This document shows positions 10,201-18,745 of a DNA stretch of 62,630 bases, in pieces. The translations under genes and the position numbers were made by a program. Each line of letters begins with the position of its first letter. The first letter of the stretch is position 1. The notes under the pieces are model-generated. The model searched no databases, was not told the origin of the DNA, and saw only the letters and a program-made list of their open reading frames with translations. The stretch is from a bacterium (GTDB taxonomy: Bacteria; Zhuqueibacterota; Zhuqueibacteria; Zhuqueibacterales; Zhuqueibacteraceae): the NCBI GenBank assembly GCA_044869275.1, contig JBIOXB010000184.1, positions 1 through 62,630 on the forward strand, in the 5' to 3' direction.

Positions 10201-12554
10201 CGACGAACGCGACCGGAGGCGGCATGTTCGTGTTGAATGAAGACCAAACCGAGCTGAGTTATAACGTCAGTGTGATTGGCTTGAGCGGAGCGATTACGGC
10301 CTCGCATTTTCACAACGCCGCCACCGGCGTCAACGGCCCGGTGGTGCGCAACATCGCGTTCACCGACGGGGTGTCGAGCGGTGTTTGGTCAACGACTGAT
10401 GCAACACAGCCGCTGACGCCCGCGCTTCTGACCGCGCTCTTGGCCGGCAATCTTTATGTGAATGTGCACACCGCGGCCAATCCCGGCGGCGAGATTCGCG
10501 GCCAGGTGTTAGCAGGCCAGGCGACCAACTTCACGGCCACGCTTGACGGCGCGCAGGAAAACCCGCCGGTGACCACGAATGCCAATGGCGTGGGCAACTT
10601 CGCGCTGAATGCCACCGGCTCGGAATTGTCCTATGATGTCACCGTGAATGGCTTGAGCGGCGCGATCTCTGCGTCACACTTTCACAATGCCGCCACTGGC
10701 GTAAACGGGCCGGTGGTGCGTGCAATCACTTTTACCGGTAATAACTCCAGCGGCGTGTGGAAGAATACGGACACGCAAGCTCTCACCCCAGCGCTGGTGG
10801 CGGAATTATTGGCGACGAAGATTTATGTGAATGTGCACACCGCGATGAATCCCGGAGGCGAAATTCGCGGGCAATTGCGCACCGGCGCCGAGACCATCTT
10901 TCATGCCGTGCTGAATGGCCAGCAAGAAAATCCGCCGGTTACCACTGATGCCGTTGGCGGCGGCCGTTTCGTGCTCAATAGCGATCGCACCGAGCTTTCG
11001 TACAAAATCAAGGTCGCCAATCTCAGCGGGCCGATTCAAGCGGCGCATTTTCACAACGCCCCGACCGGTGTGAATGGCCCGGTGGTGCGCAACCTCACAT
11101 TCACCGACAACGTTGCCTCCGGCGTGTGGTCGGCAACGGACGCCACGCAGCCCCTGACACCCACGCTGCTGGCGGAGTTGCTGGCTGGCAATCTTTATGT
11201 GAATGTCCACACTTCCACCAATCCCGGCGGCGAGATTCGCGGGCAAGTACTGTCGGGCGTGGCCATCAACTTTGCGGCGAATTTGGATGGCAGCCAGGAA
11301 AACCCGCCGGTGACGACGAACGCCGCCGGCGTCGGCACTTATACGTTGAATGCGAGCGGACAAGAGTTGGCTTACAATGTAAGCTATGTCGGCTTGAGCA
11401 GTAACTTTAGCGCTGCGCATTTCCATAATGCGGGCCGCGGAGTAAACGGCCCGGTGGTGCGTGCGACTGATTTCATCGGCACGACTGCCACGGGCGTCTG
11501 GAAAAGCACGGACGCACAGGCACTGACCACCGATCTTGTGGTCGAGTTATTGGCCAGCCAGATTTACTTCAATATTCACAGCGCCAACTTCCCGGGAGGC
11601 GAGATTCGGGGCCAGGTGCTTCCCGGCGCGCAGGCCATTTCGCCGATCTCGATTGCACGGCAAACTGCCAATGGCACCGTGGCTACGGTGGAAGGTATTG
11701 TCACGCGCGCCGTGGGCCGTTCCGCGCAAGTGCAGGACGCCACTGCGGGCATCACCGTCTTCCAAACGAGCGGCGCTTTTCGCACGGCGATTGACAGCGG
11801 CGACGTGCGCCTCGGCGACCGATTGCGCATTACCGGCACGCTTGCGGAATTCAATTCCTTGAAAGAATTCTCGCCCATCAGCAGCTTCGAAGTCCTTTCG
11901 CGCGACAACGCGCTGCCAGCCTCGCAGCTCGTCACGCTTGCGGAGATTGCCGCCAACGGCGAGGCATATGAAAGCGAGTTGATTCGCGTCGATGGTCTGA
12001 GCATCAATCCCGGCGGCGATGCGGCGTTCGTGGCAGCCAAAACTTATATGATCACGGATGCCAGCGATCCTTCGGGGGCAGTGGCATTGCGCACTCCCGT
12101 CGCCAGCGACACAAAAATTGCGGGCGTGCCCATTCCCACCGGCGCCGCAGTGTTTGAAGGTGTGCTGGGCCAGTTTAACTCAGCGAACCCGGCCGCCGGC
12201 TATCAACTGAGTCCGGTGCTGGCAACCGACGTGATGCCTGCGACCAGTGTGGGCGAAACTGGATCGGAGCTGCCGGAACGATTCGCGCTCTTGCAGAATT
12301 ATCCGAATCCCTTCAATCCCACTACCATCATCCGCTACGACTTGCCCCAGTCCGGCCACGTAAGGCTGGTAATTTACAATCTGCTGGGAAGAGCCGTGCG
12401 CACGCTGGTGGACGCCAAGGAAGCGCCGGGCTTCAAGCAGGTGAGGTGGGACGGCGCGAATGACGCGGGCGAACGCCTCACCAGCGGCATTTACATTTAT
12501 CGGATTGAGACGAACGGTTTCACGGCAACGCGCAAGCTAACGTTGTTGAAGTAA
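7233..12554 (+). CDS. Large secreted protein: lamin-tail-like domain, 8 CHRD domains, OB-fold-like segments, C-terminal FlgD-Ig/sorting domain
   Basis: Signal peptide; eight repeats of L.G.QE.PP / HFH / N.HT..NPGGEIRGQ; C-terminal QNYPNPFNP...KLTLLK. Confidence 0.85.
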   Translation: MLMRLLRGLFVLGLIWLCAAAPAFGQNDHLLISEFAVTPTPGEFIEIFNPTSATIDLSHYYLTDDIFNNDNDYVNVGYGADSLSVIASDFLVKFPDGASIAPGGVITVALSGSGFQTTYARAADYEILDADPNVTNMAGIEVGSGAGLTNGSETIVLFTWDGTSDLVQDVDYVVWGNKGTAVDKSGLAIDGPDADSDASTYQNDTPVANQSVVNADNDADLDPHDNGESAARATLEAGETLTGGNGITGNDETSENLSLAGGSWVSSNAPTPGSVPEALAGGQVTYFMATLNGAQENPSVSTPATGGGYFILNEAHTELQYFVSVSGLSGPISASHFHNAATGVNGPVVRNITFTAGISSGVWSTSDATQPLTPQLLAALLAGNLYVNVHTAANPGGEIRGQVLVGSEKKFVATLNGDQENPPVVTAGNGSGKFTLSADGSSLSYEVTINGLSGAISASHFHNAVTGVNGPVVRNISFVGNTSTGTWPSTDATQPFTPAFVAELLAGKLYVNVHTAANPGGEIRGQVLEGSEVVFLAVLNGAQENPPVATNASGGGRFVLNAEQTELSYFIRVGNLSGPISASHFHNAATGVNGPVVRNITFTDGVASGVWSSTDATQPLTPALLAQLLAGNIYANVHTAANPGGEIRGQLTRGAAVKFAAQIEGSQEVPPTTGNGAGFGLFSLNPTGDSLSYNIGVTGLSGPMSAAHFHNAAAGVNGPVVRALSFTGDFSNGVWTSNDGQALTPALAVELLARNIYVNVHTALNPGGEVRGQVLPGAKVVTPIGLARQLADNTRNVTIEGIVTTIDFGLSNATNSEFYLQDASGGLRMFVGSGKAVLAQGQRVRVKESTIATNAGRKNIETVPDSIVAFDTPGMPPPQVVTADFYVNNRAALEGELIRINNANLAAAFPADNSNATITINDGSGDLAMFIDRDTDIDGSPTPANPVNVIGVATSFNAVPQIQPSNRSDFRAPVVFFATLNGGQENPPVTTNATGGGMFVLNEDQTELSYNVSVIGLSGAITASHFHNAATGVNGPVVRNIAFTDGVSSGVWSTTDATQPLTPALLTALLAGNLYVNVHTAANPGGEIRGQVLAGQATNFTATLDGAQENPPVTTNANGVGNFALNATGSELSYDVTVNGLSGAISASHFHNAATGVNGPVVRAITFTGNNSSGVWKNTDTQALTPALVAELLATKIYVNVHTAMNPGGEIRGQLRTGAETIFHAVLNGQQENPPVTTDAVGGGRFVLNSDRTELSYKIKVANLSGPIQAAHFHNAPTGVNGPVVRNLTFTDNVASGVWSATDATQPLTPTLLAELLAGNLYVNVHTSTNPGGEIRGQVLSGVAINFAANLDGSQENPPVTTNAAGVGTYTLNASGQELAYNVSYVGLSSNFSAAHFHNAGRGVNGPVVRATDFIGTTATGVWKSTDAQALTTDLVVELLASQIYFNIHSANFPGGEIRGQVLPGAQAISPISIARQTANGTVATVEGIVTRAVGRSAQVQDATAGITVFQTSGAFRTAIDSGDVRLGDRLRITGTLAEFNSLKEFSPISSFEVLSRDNALPASQLVTLAEIAANGEAYESELIRVDGLSINPGGDAAFVAAKTYMITDASDPSGAVALRTPVASDTKIAGVPIPTGAAVFEGVLGQFNSANPAAGYQLSPVLATDVMPATSVGETGSELPERFALLQNYPNPFNPTTIIRYDLPQSGHVRLVIYNLLGRAVRTLVDAKEAPGFKQVRWDGANDAGERLTSGIYIYRIETNGFTATRKLTLLK

Positions 12555-12752
12555 CTGCGACCGGGTATCGAGGTGTAAAAGTTAGGAGGAGACGGCTATC
12601 CCCGCCTCCTCCCAACCCCACTTATGGTCGTGCCACGAAGCGGGCATGCACAGAATTTGAAAACCATGGATTCCGCTTTCGCGGTGAGGACAATCCCGAG
12701 CAATTTCGGTTTTTTCCCGCAACCAACGGCAAGCTCTTTCCTGCCATTCTTC

Positions 12753-13772
12753 ATGAAAACGAACAAGGCTAAAATCATGCGCAGACCGCTGTCGCTGTTT
12801 CTCATGCTGCCCCTTTTTATTTTTTCCGCCGTCACTTTGCATGCACAAACCCAGGTCAATATTCCCGCCCAAAAGGACAATACCCTCTACGAAAGCGCTA
12901 CCGGTGCTTTGAGCAATGGCTCGGGTTTTCATCTGTTCGTCGCACAAAATAACCACGGCGAAGTGCGGCGCACGCTTTTGGCATTTGATATCGCCGGCAA
13001 TGTCCCGGCCGGGGCCTTGATCCTGAGCGCCCAGCTTAGGCTCAACATGTCCAGAACCCTGACCGGCGCCCAAACGGTTACGCTGCACCGGGTACTGGCC
13101 AATTGGGGCGAGGGCGCTTCCGATGCCGGCGGCGAAGAAGGCGCCGGCATTACGCCCGCCACTGGCGACGCAACTTGGATTCATACGTTTTTTAATACGC
13201 AATTTTGGGCCAATGCCGGCGGCGATTTCTCGTCTCAAGCTAGTGGCACGCAGTCTGTGACCGGCCTTGGCGCTTACACGTGGGGCTCGACGCCGGAGAT
13301 GGTCGCCGATGTGCAAGGCTGGCTGAATGCGCCTGCGAACAATTTTGGCTGGCTGTTGTTGAGCAATGAAAACAACAATGGCAGTACGAAGCGTTTCGAC
13401 TCACGTCAAAATCCGACCGCTGGCAATCGCCCCCTGTTGCTGGTGACCTTCACCACCTCGTCCGGAGTTGATCAGGAAAACGGAACACGCCCGGCGCAAT
13501 TCGAGCTGGCGCAGAATTATCCCAATCCCTTCAATCCGAGCACCATCATCCGCTACGGCTTGCCCAAGGCCGGGCATGTGAAGCTGGCAATCTACAGCCT
13601 GAGCGGCGGGCAAGTGCGCATGCTAAGGGACGCGCAGCAAGAGCCAGGTTTCCAGCAGCTCACGTGGGACGGCACTGATGAGACCGGCGGGCGGGTGAGC
13701 AGCGGCATTTATATTTATCGCTTGGAAACGGAAGGCTTCACGGCAGTACGCAAGCTTACACTGCTGAGATAA
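12753..13772 (+). CDS. Secreted DNRLRE-like domain protein with C-terminal FlgD-Ig/sorting domain
   Basis: Signal peptide, KDNTLYE, R.LLAFD, GDATW, NFGWLL; C-terminal NYPNPFNP; start uncertain (12753 or 12777). Confidence 0.7.
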   Translation: MKTNKAKIMRRPLSLFLMLPLFIFSAVTLHAQTQVNIPAQKDNTLYESATGALSNGSGFHLFVAQNNHGEVRRTLLAFDIAGNVPAGALILSAQLRLNMSRTLTGAQTVTLHRVLANWGEGASDAGGEEGAGITPATGDATWIHTFFNTQFWANAGGDFSSQASGTQSVTGLGAYTWGSTPEMVADVQGWLNAPANNFGWLLLSNENNNGSTKRFDSRQNPTAGNRPLLLVTFTTSSGVDQENGTRPAQFELAQNYPNPFNPSTIIRYGLPKAGHVKLAIYSLSGGQVRMLRDAQQEPGFQQLTWDGTDETGGRVSSGIYIYRLETEGFTAVRKLTLLR

Positions 13773-13958
13773 TCCGCCAGCTTGCGCTGACTACGAATTT
13801 GTGCTATTCAGCTCATGAAAGAATTGTAAACGGATTGAACGGATTATGATTCTGAGAAAGCAGGTTTTTTGAAATCTGCTTTATCCCTCAATCCGCTTAC
13901 ATGAAATAGGGGCTGGAAATTTTGAACAGTGAAAACCCGTACAAACAGAGCAAGTTGT

Positions 13959-14033
13959 TCGCCCACGGAAATCGAACTCCCACGGAATTGAACCCAGGAA
14001 ATACTTCCGCGGGAGTTCTAATTCCGTGGGCGA
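13959..14033. repeat. Long imperfect palindrome of the CCCACGGAA family
   Basis: tcgcccacggaa..gaactccc pairs with gggagttc..ttccgtgggcga. Confidence 0.75.
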
Positions 14034-14261
14034 TTTTACTCGTCGGTTTGAGGGCCGAATGAGTCGGGATTCTCTGGATGGTCACAAATTTGTCAAATTA
14101 ATTCTGGCGGTCAAAATGCACTTCCCTAGTAGCTTGACCATGCCACATTATCCGCAGATTAAGCAGATTACCCAGATTGTTTATCTGCGAAATCTGCGGA
14201 CAGATAATTTGGTGCTGTGGCAAGGTGGACATCTTACAGAGTTAGATTGGATAAGATCACC

Positions 14262-15290
14262 ATGAAAGCGGTGTATTTCAACGCCTACGGCGATGAGTCC
14301 GTTTTGCAATATGGCGAGCTGCCCGATCCGCGAATCAACGCGAATCAAGTTCTGGTCGAAGTCAAGGCCTGCGCGCTCAACCATCTCGATCTTTGGGTGC
14401 GGCGCGGTGTGCCCGGCTCACGGCTGCAGCTGCCGCATATTTTGGGGTCGGATATTTCCGGCGTGGTTGCCGAGGTGGGCGAGTTGGTGACGCATGCCAG
14501 AGTTGGCGAGGAGGTGATTGTATCACCTGGCGTCTCTTGCGGCAGGTGTGAATGGTGTTTGACCGGCTACGATAATAATTGCCGGTACTACCGCGTGCTT
14601 GGGGAGCATATTCCCGGTGGCTATGCGCAATTCATTGCCGTGCCGGCGGTGAATATCTTACCCAAGCCTGAAAATCTGAACTGGTTTGAAGCGGCCGCGT
14701 TTCCTTTGACTTTTCTCACGAGCTGGCATATGCTCGTGGCGCAATGCCAGGTTCGGCCCGGAGATGTTGTTTTGGTTCTTGCCGCGGGCAGCGGCGTCGG
14801 AGTCGCCGCCGTTCAAATTGCCAAATTGCACGGCGCCACTGTGGTTGCCGCTGCCAGCAGCGATGAGAAACTCGAAAAAATCAAAGCCCTGGGAGCAGAT
14901 TATCTCATCAATTACCAAAAACGAAGCTTCCGTGAGGAAGTCAACCTGATCACCCAGAAGCGTGGTGCGGACATCATCTTCGAGCACGTTGGCGAGCAGA
15001 CCTGGCCGGAATCGATTAAAACGCTGGCGCGCGGCGGGCGCCTGGTGGCGTGCGGCGCAACCACCGGCTACAATGCGCTCACCGACTTGCGTTATCTGTT
15101 TTCAAAAAATCTGAAGATTTTCGGCAACCTCATGGGTTCGAAGGGCGAATTGCTGCGCCTGAACGAGTTTTTTAGAATTGGAAAACTCAGGCCCGTGATC
15201 GATCGCGTGCTGCCGCTGGCACAAGCTGGTGAAGCACATCGTCTCCTGGCGCAACGCGCGCAGTTCGGAAAAGTGGTGTTGGAAATTTGA
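14262..15290 (+). CDS. Zinc-binding alcohol dehydrogenase / quinone oxidoreductase (MDR family)
   Basis: ALNHLD, CGRCEWC..C zinc motif, AAGSGVG, FGKVVL. Confidence 0.9.
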   Translation: MKAVYFNAYGDESVLQYGELPDPRINANQVLVEVKACALNHLDLWVRRGVPGSRLQLPHILGSDISGVVAEVGELVTHARVGEEVIVSPGVSCGRCEWCLTGYDNNCRYYRVLGEHIPGGYAQFIAVPAVNILPKPENLNWFEAAAFPLTFLTSWHMLVAQCQVRPGDVVLVLAAGSGVGVAAVQIAKLHGATVVAAASSDEKLEKIKALGADYLINYQKRSFREEVNLITQKRGADIIFEHVGEQTWPESIKTLARGGRLVACGATTGYNALTDLRYLFSKNLKIFGNLMGSKGELLRLNEFFRIGKLRPVIDRVLPLAQAGEAHRLLAQRAQFGKVVLEI

Positions 15291-15477
15291 AAATTCTTCT
15301 TATATTCCGCTTTCGTTCCCTTTCAATTTCGGCTTTCTCGCCGCAATCCCGGGTGAACACACGCTCCAAAATCCCAGTCTAAAAATTTCTGTTTAAAACT
15401 CTTTGACGCAATCTAAAGTCAAAGTTTATTGACTTATGATGTGAACCACGGCACTTTGCGCTCGCGAAGATATCGCC

Positions 15478-15551
15478 TGTCATTCCAGGTGTGCAGGAAG
15501 CTCCGGGTTCATGCATGATGCCGGGAGATTCCCACAGTCACGGGAATGACA
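15478..15551. repeat. REP-like element with GTCATTCC...GGAATGAC ends
   Basis: Terminal inverted repeat tgtcattcc/ggaatgaca; internal ATTCCC-N8-GGGAAT at 15528-15547. Confidence 0.6.
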
Positions 15552-15588
15552 CGTCACATTTACGATCACAGCAGAGTTTGGAGGTGTA

Positions 15589-16578
15589 ATGCACATTGAC
15601 ATTCAAGCCATCAACGAAAAAATTCGACGTGAAAGCGGATTTGTTGAGAAGCTGACGAAAGAAGTGGCCAAGGTCATCGTCGGCCAAAAATACATGGTGG
15701 AACGCTTGATGATCGGCCTGCTCGGCAACGGCCATGTTTTGCTCGAAGGCGTTCCGGGATTGGCAAAGACGCTGGCGGTCAAAACGCTCTCGTCCGTGGT
15801 GCAAACCAAATTTCAACGCATTCAGTTCACGCCGGATTTGCTGCCGGCGGATTTAATTGGCACGCTGATTTACGACCAGAAGAACGGCGAATTCACCACG
15901 AAAAAAGGGCCGATCTTTGCCAACTTGATTCTGGCGGATGAAATCAACCGCTCGCCCGCGAAAGTGCAGTCGGCGCTGCTCGAAGCGATGATGGAGCGCC
16001 AGGTCACCATCGGCGAGAAGACTTTCAAGCTGGATGATCCCTTTCTGGTGCTGGCCACGCAAAACCCGATCGAGCAGGAAGGCACCTATCCGCTGCCGGA
16101 GGCGCAAGTGGATCGTTTCATGCTGAAGCTGGCGATCGGGTATCCGAACAAGGACGAAGAATTGGAAATCATGCGGCGCATGACGCGCGGGATCGTGGAG
16201 GAGCCCAAAGCCGTGGTGACACCGGCGGACATCGTGCGGGCGCGCCAGGTGGTCGGAGAGATTTATATCGACGAAAAAGTCGAACGTTACATTGTCGATC
16301 TCGTCTTTGCCACGCGCGAGCCGGAAAAATACGGGCTGCAGGAATTGGATGACTTGATCCAATACGGCGCCAGCCCGCGCGCCAGCATCTTTTTGGCGCA
16401 AGCGTCCAAGGCACACGCCTTTCTGCGCGGCCGCGGCTATGTTACGCCGGAGGACGTGCGCTCCATCGCGATGGATGTGATGCGCCATCGTATCCTGCTC
16501 ACGTATGAAGCCGAGGCCGAAGAAAAAACGCCGGAATACGTCGTCGGCCAGGTGTTGGGCCGCATCGAAGTGCCGTGA
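15589..16578 (+). CDS. moxR: MoxR family AAA+ ATPase
   Basis: EGVPGLAKT, RIQFTPDLLP, DEINR, ATQNPIEQEGTYPLPEAQ.DRF. Confidence 0.95.
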   Translation: MHIDIQAINEKIRRESGFVEKLTKEVAKVIVGQKYMVERLMIGLLGNGHVLLEGVPGLAKTLAVKTLSSVVQTKFQRIQFTPDLLPADLIGTLIYDQKNGEFTTKKGPIFANLILADEINRSPAKVQSALLEAMMERQVTIGEKTFKLDDPFLVLATQNPIEQEGTYPLPEAQVDRFMLKLAIGYPNKDEELEIMRRMTRGIVEEPKAVVTPADIVRARQVVGEIYIDEKVERYIVDLVFATREPEKYGLQELDDLIQYGASPRASIFLAQASKAHAFLRGRGYVTPEDVRSIAMDVMRHRILLTYEAEAEEKTPEYVVGQVLGRIEVP

Positions 16579-16663
16579 GCGAGTCTGAAAATCGAGGAGC
16601 GAAGATTTAAGATCGAGCCTCCAGTTTTCAGTATCCAGTATCAAGTATCAAGATTCAAGATTC

Positions 16664-17542
16664 ATGATCCCCAAAGAAATTCTTAAAAAAGTCCGGCGGC
16701 TGGAAATTCAAACCCGCGCGCTGGTCAACGACGTGTTCAGCGGTGAATATCACTCCGTGTTCAAAGGCCGGGGCATGGCTTTCGCCGAAGTGCGCGAATA
16801 TGTGATCGGCGACGATATTCGCAATATTGACTGGAACGTCACGGCACGCACCGGACATCCGTTTGTCAAGGTTTTCGACGAAGAGCGCGAGTTGACGGTC
16901 ATGTTGCTGGTGGATGCCAGCTCTTCCGGCGAGTTCGGCACGCATGAGCAAATGAAAGGCGATATTGCCGCAGAAATATGCGCGTTGCTGGCCTTTTCCG
17001 CGATCAAAAACAACGACAAAGTTGGATTGATCATTTTCACCGATCGCCTGGAAAAATTTGTGCCGCCGAAAAAAGGCCGCATGCACGTTTTGCGCGTGTT
17101 GCGCGAAGTGCTCTTTCACAAGCCCGAAGGCCGCGAGACCAATATCGCGATGGCGCTGGAATACCTCAACCGCGTGATCCGCCGCAAAGCCGTGGTCTTT
17201 CTCGTTTCCGATTTTCTTTCCGAGGGCTACGAGAAAGCCTTGCGCGTCGCCAGCAAACGGCACGACGTGGTTGCCATTCCCATCACCGATCCGCGCGAAA
17301 CGGAAATTCCCAACGTCGGTTTGGTGGAATTGGAAGACGCGGAAACCGGCGAAGTGCATTTGCTGGATACGACCAATCCCGCCAATCGCCAAGCCTTTGC
17401 CCGCGAGGCGGCCCGGCGCGGGCTGTTGCGCGAAAAGACGCTGCGCTCTTCGAAGGTCGATCCGGTCGATATTCACACGGACCAGCCGTACATCGAGCCG
17501 CTCGTGCGCTTCTTCAAGATGCGCGCCAAAAGATTTCGTTGA
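16664..17542 (+). CDS. DUF58 (VWA-like) protein
   Basis: FKGRGMAFAEVREY..GDDIRNIDWNVTAR. Confidence 0.92.
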   Translation: MIPKEILKKVRRLEIQTRALVNDVFSGEYHSVFKGRGMAFAEVREYVIGDDIRNIDWNVTARTGHPFVKVFDEERELTVMLLVDASSSGEFGTHEQMKGDIAAEICALLAFSAIKNNDKVGLIIFTDRLEKFVPPKKGRMHVLRVLREVLFHKPEGRETNIAMALEYLNRVIRRKAVVFLVSDFLSEGYEKALRVASKRHDVVAIPITDPRETEIPNVGLVELEDAETGEVHLLDTTNPANRQAFAREAARRGLLREKTLRSSKVDPVDIHTDQPYIEPLVRFFKMRAKRFR

Positions 17543-17661
17543 CGGAGGGCAGAACCCATGAGCGTGCTTGGTATTTTTCATTAAGCTCAGCCTGCGTTGA
17601 AACCAAGCGCTTTCACGCAGTCTGATTCTTACAGAACGACACTCTGAGAAAGATAGCTGTC

Positions 17662-18597
17662 ATGAGAATTATCCATTCCAAATCGCCAAGCTTTCTCTTT
17701 GCCCTTTGCCTTTTGTTTTTTGCTTTTTCCTCGTGCCAGCAGGCCAAGCCCAATTTGCCGGCCGCGCGCGTGCGCGATTTCGCCAACGTGCTTTACAATC
17801 GCGATCTCTACAAACAGGCAATTGCCGAGTACGAGCGCTATCTGCAAAACTACCCGATGGATGAGCGCGAGCAGGCCAACATCAGTTACACCATCGGCAA
17901 CATTTATTTTGACCGCCTGCGCGATTACGAGGGGGCATTGGCATATTATCTGCGCGTGAAGGAGCTTTATCCCAAAAGCGAATTGGTGGATGATGCCAGC
18001 AAGCGCGTGGTCGAATGCCTCGAAAGGTTGCAGCGCTCCGCCGACGCTCAACAAGCGCTGGAAGAGAGCACCATGCTCGATCCGGCGCAGAGAACACCCA
18101 AGCGCCCGGGCGAAGTGATTGCGAAAATCGGCGACCGGGAGATCACCACCGGCGATCTGGAATTCGAGATGAAAAACCTGCCGCCGTTCATGCAGGCGCA
18201 AGTCAAAGACCGCAGCAAGAAAATCGAATTCTTGAAGCAATATCTCGCGGCGGAACTGTTGTACAATACCGCCAAGCGCAAGGGCTTGGAAAACGATCAA
18301 GAAGTTGTTGCCGCGGCTTTTCAAGCCAAAAAGAATATCGTCGTACAAAAACTTTTGCAGGACGAAATCGGTCAAAACGTTCAAATCGATCCGGGCAATC
18401 TCGAACTATACTATCGCGCCAATTTGAACCGCTATGGCAAAGCCGATTCCGGCGGCCACGTCCCTGCGTTTGAAGAAGTGCGCTCGCAAGTGGCGCAAGA
18501 CTATTTGCGGGAAAAGCAGCAGGAGACGTATAATCAACTTGTCGAGCGCATGATGCGCGCGGAGGCGGTCGTCATTTACGAAGACAAAGTGCAGTAG
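17662..18597 (+). CDS. Putative lipoprotein with TPR region and SurA/PrsA-N-like chaperone region
   Basis: Lipobox-like FSSC; TPR-like helices; VIAKIGDREIT, LLYNTAKRKGL, FEEVRSQV. Confidence 0.7.
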   Translation: MRIIHSKSPSFLFALCLLFFAFSSCQQAKPNLPAARVRDFANVLYNRDLYKQAIAEYERYLQNYPMDEREQANISYTIGNIYFDRLRDYEGALAYYLRVKELYPKSELVDDASKRVVECLERLQRSADAQQALEESTMLDPAQRTPKRPGEVIAKIGDREITTGDLEFEMKNLPPFMQAQVKDRSKKIEFLKQYLAAELLYNTAKRKGLENDQEVVAAAFQAKKNIVVQKLLQDEIGQNVQIDPGNLELYYRANLNRYGKADSGGHVPAFEEVRSQVAQDYLREKQQETYNQLVERMMRAEAVVIYEDKVQ

Positions 18598-18745
18598 CAT
18601 GTCGTATCAGCTATTTATAGGGAGAGGGTCAAGCTCGTCCTGCATAAGACGGGAGGCATGCACAAACTCCGGACATTCTCTGGATTCCTCGCACCTTCCG
18701 CGAGACGAGCATGCCAGTGCTTATGGCAGATACATTTATTGGTGC

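Noticed and set aside
12290..13772. Similar 3' ends of the two secreted genes, and the CHRD repeats, as extra DGR repeats
   Set aside because: Differences are not adenine-specific and there is no match to the TR; these are ordinary paralogous domains. I saw no second VR in the window.
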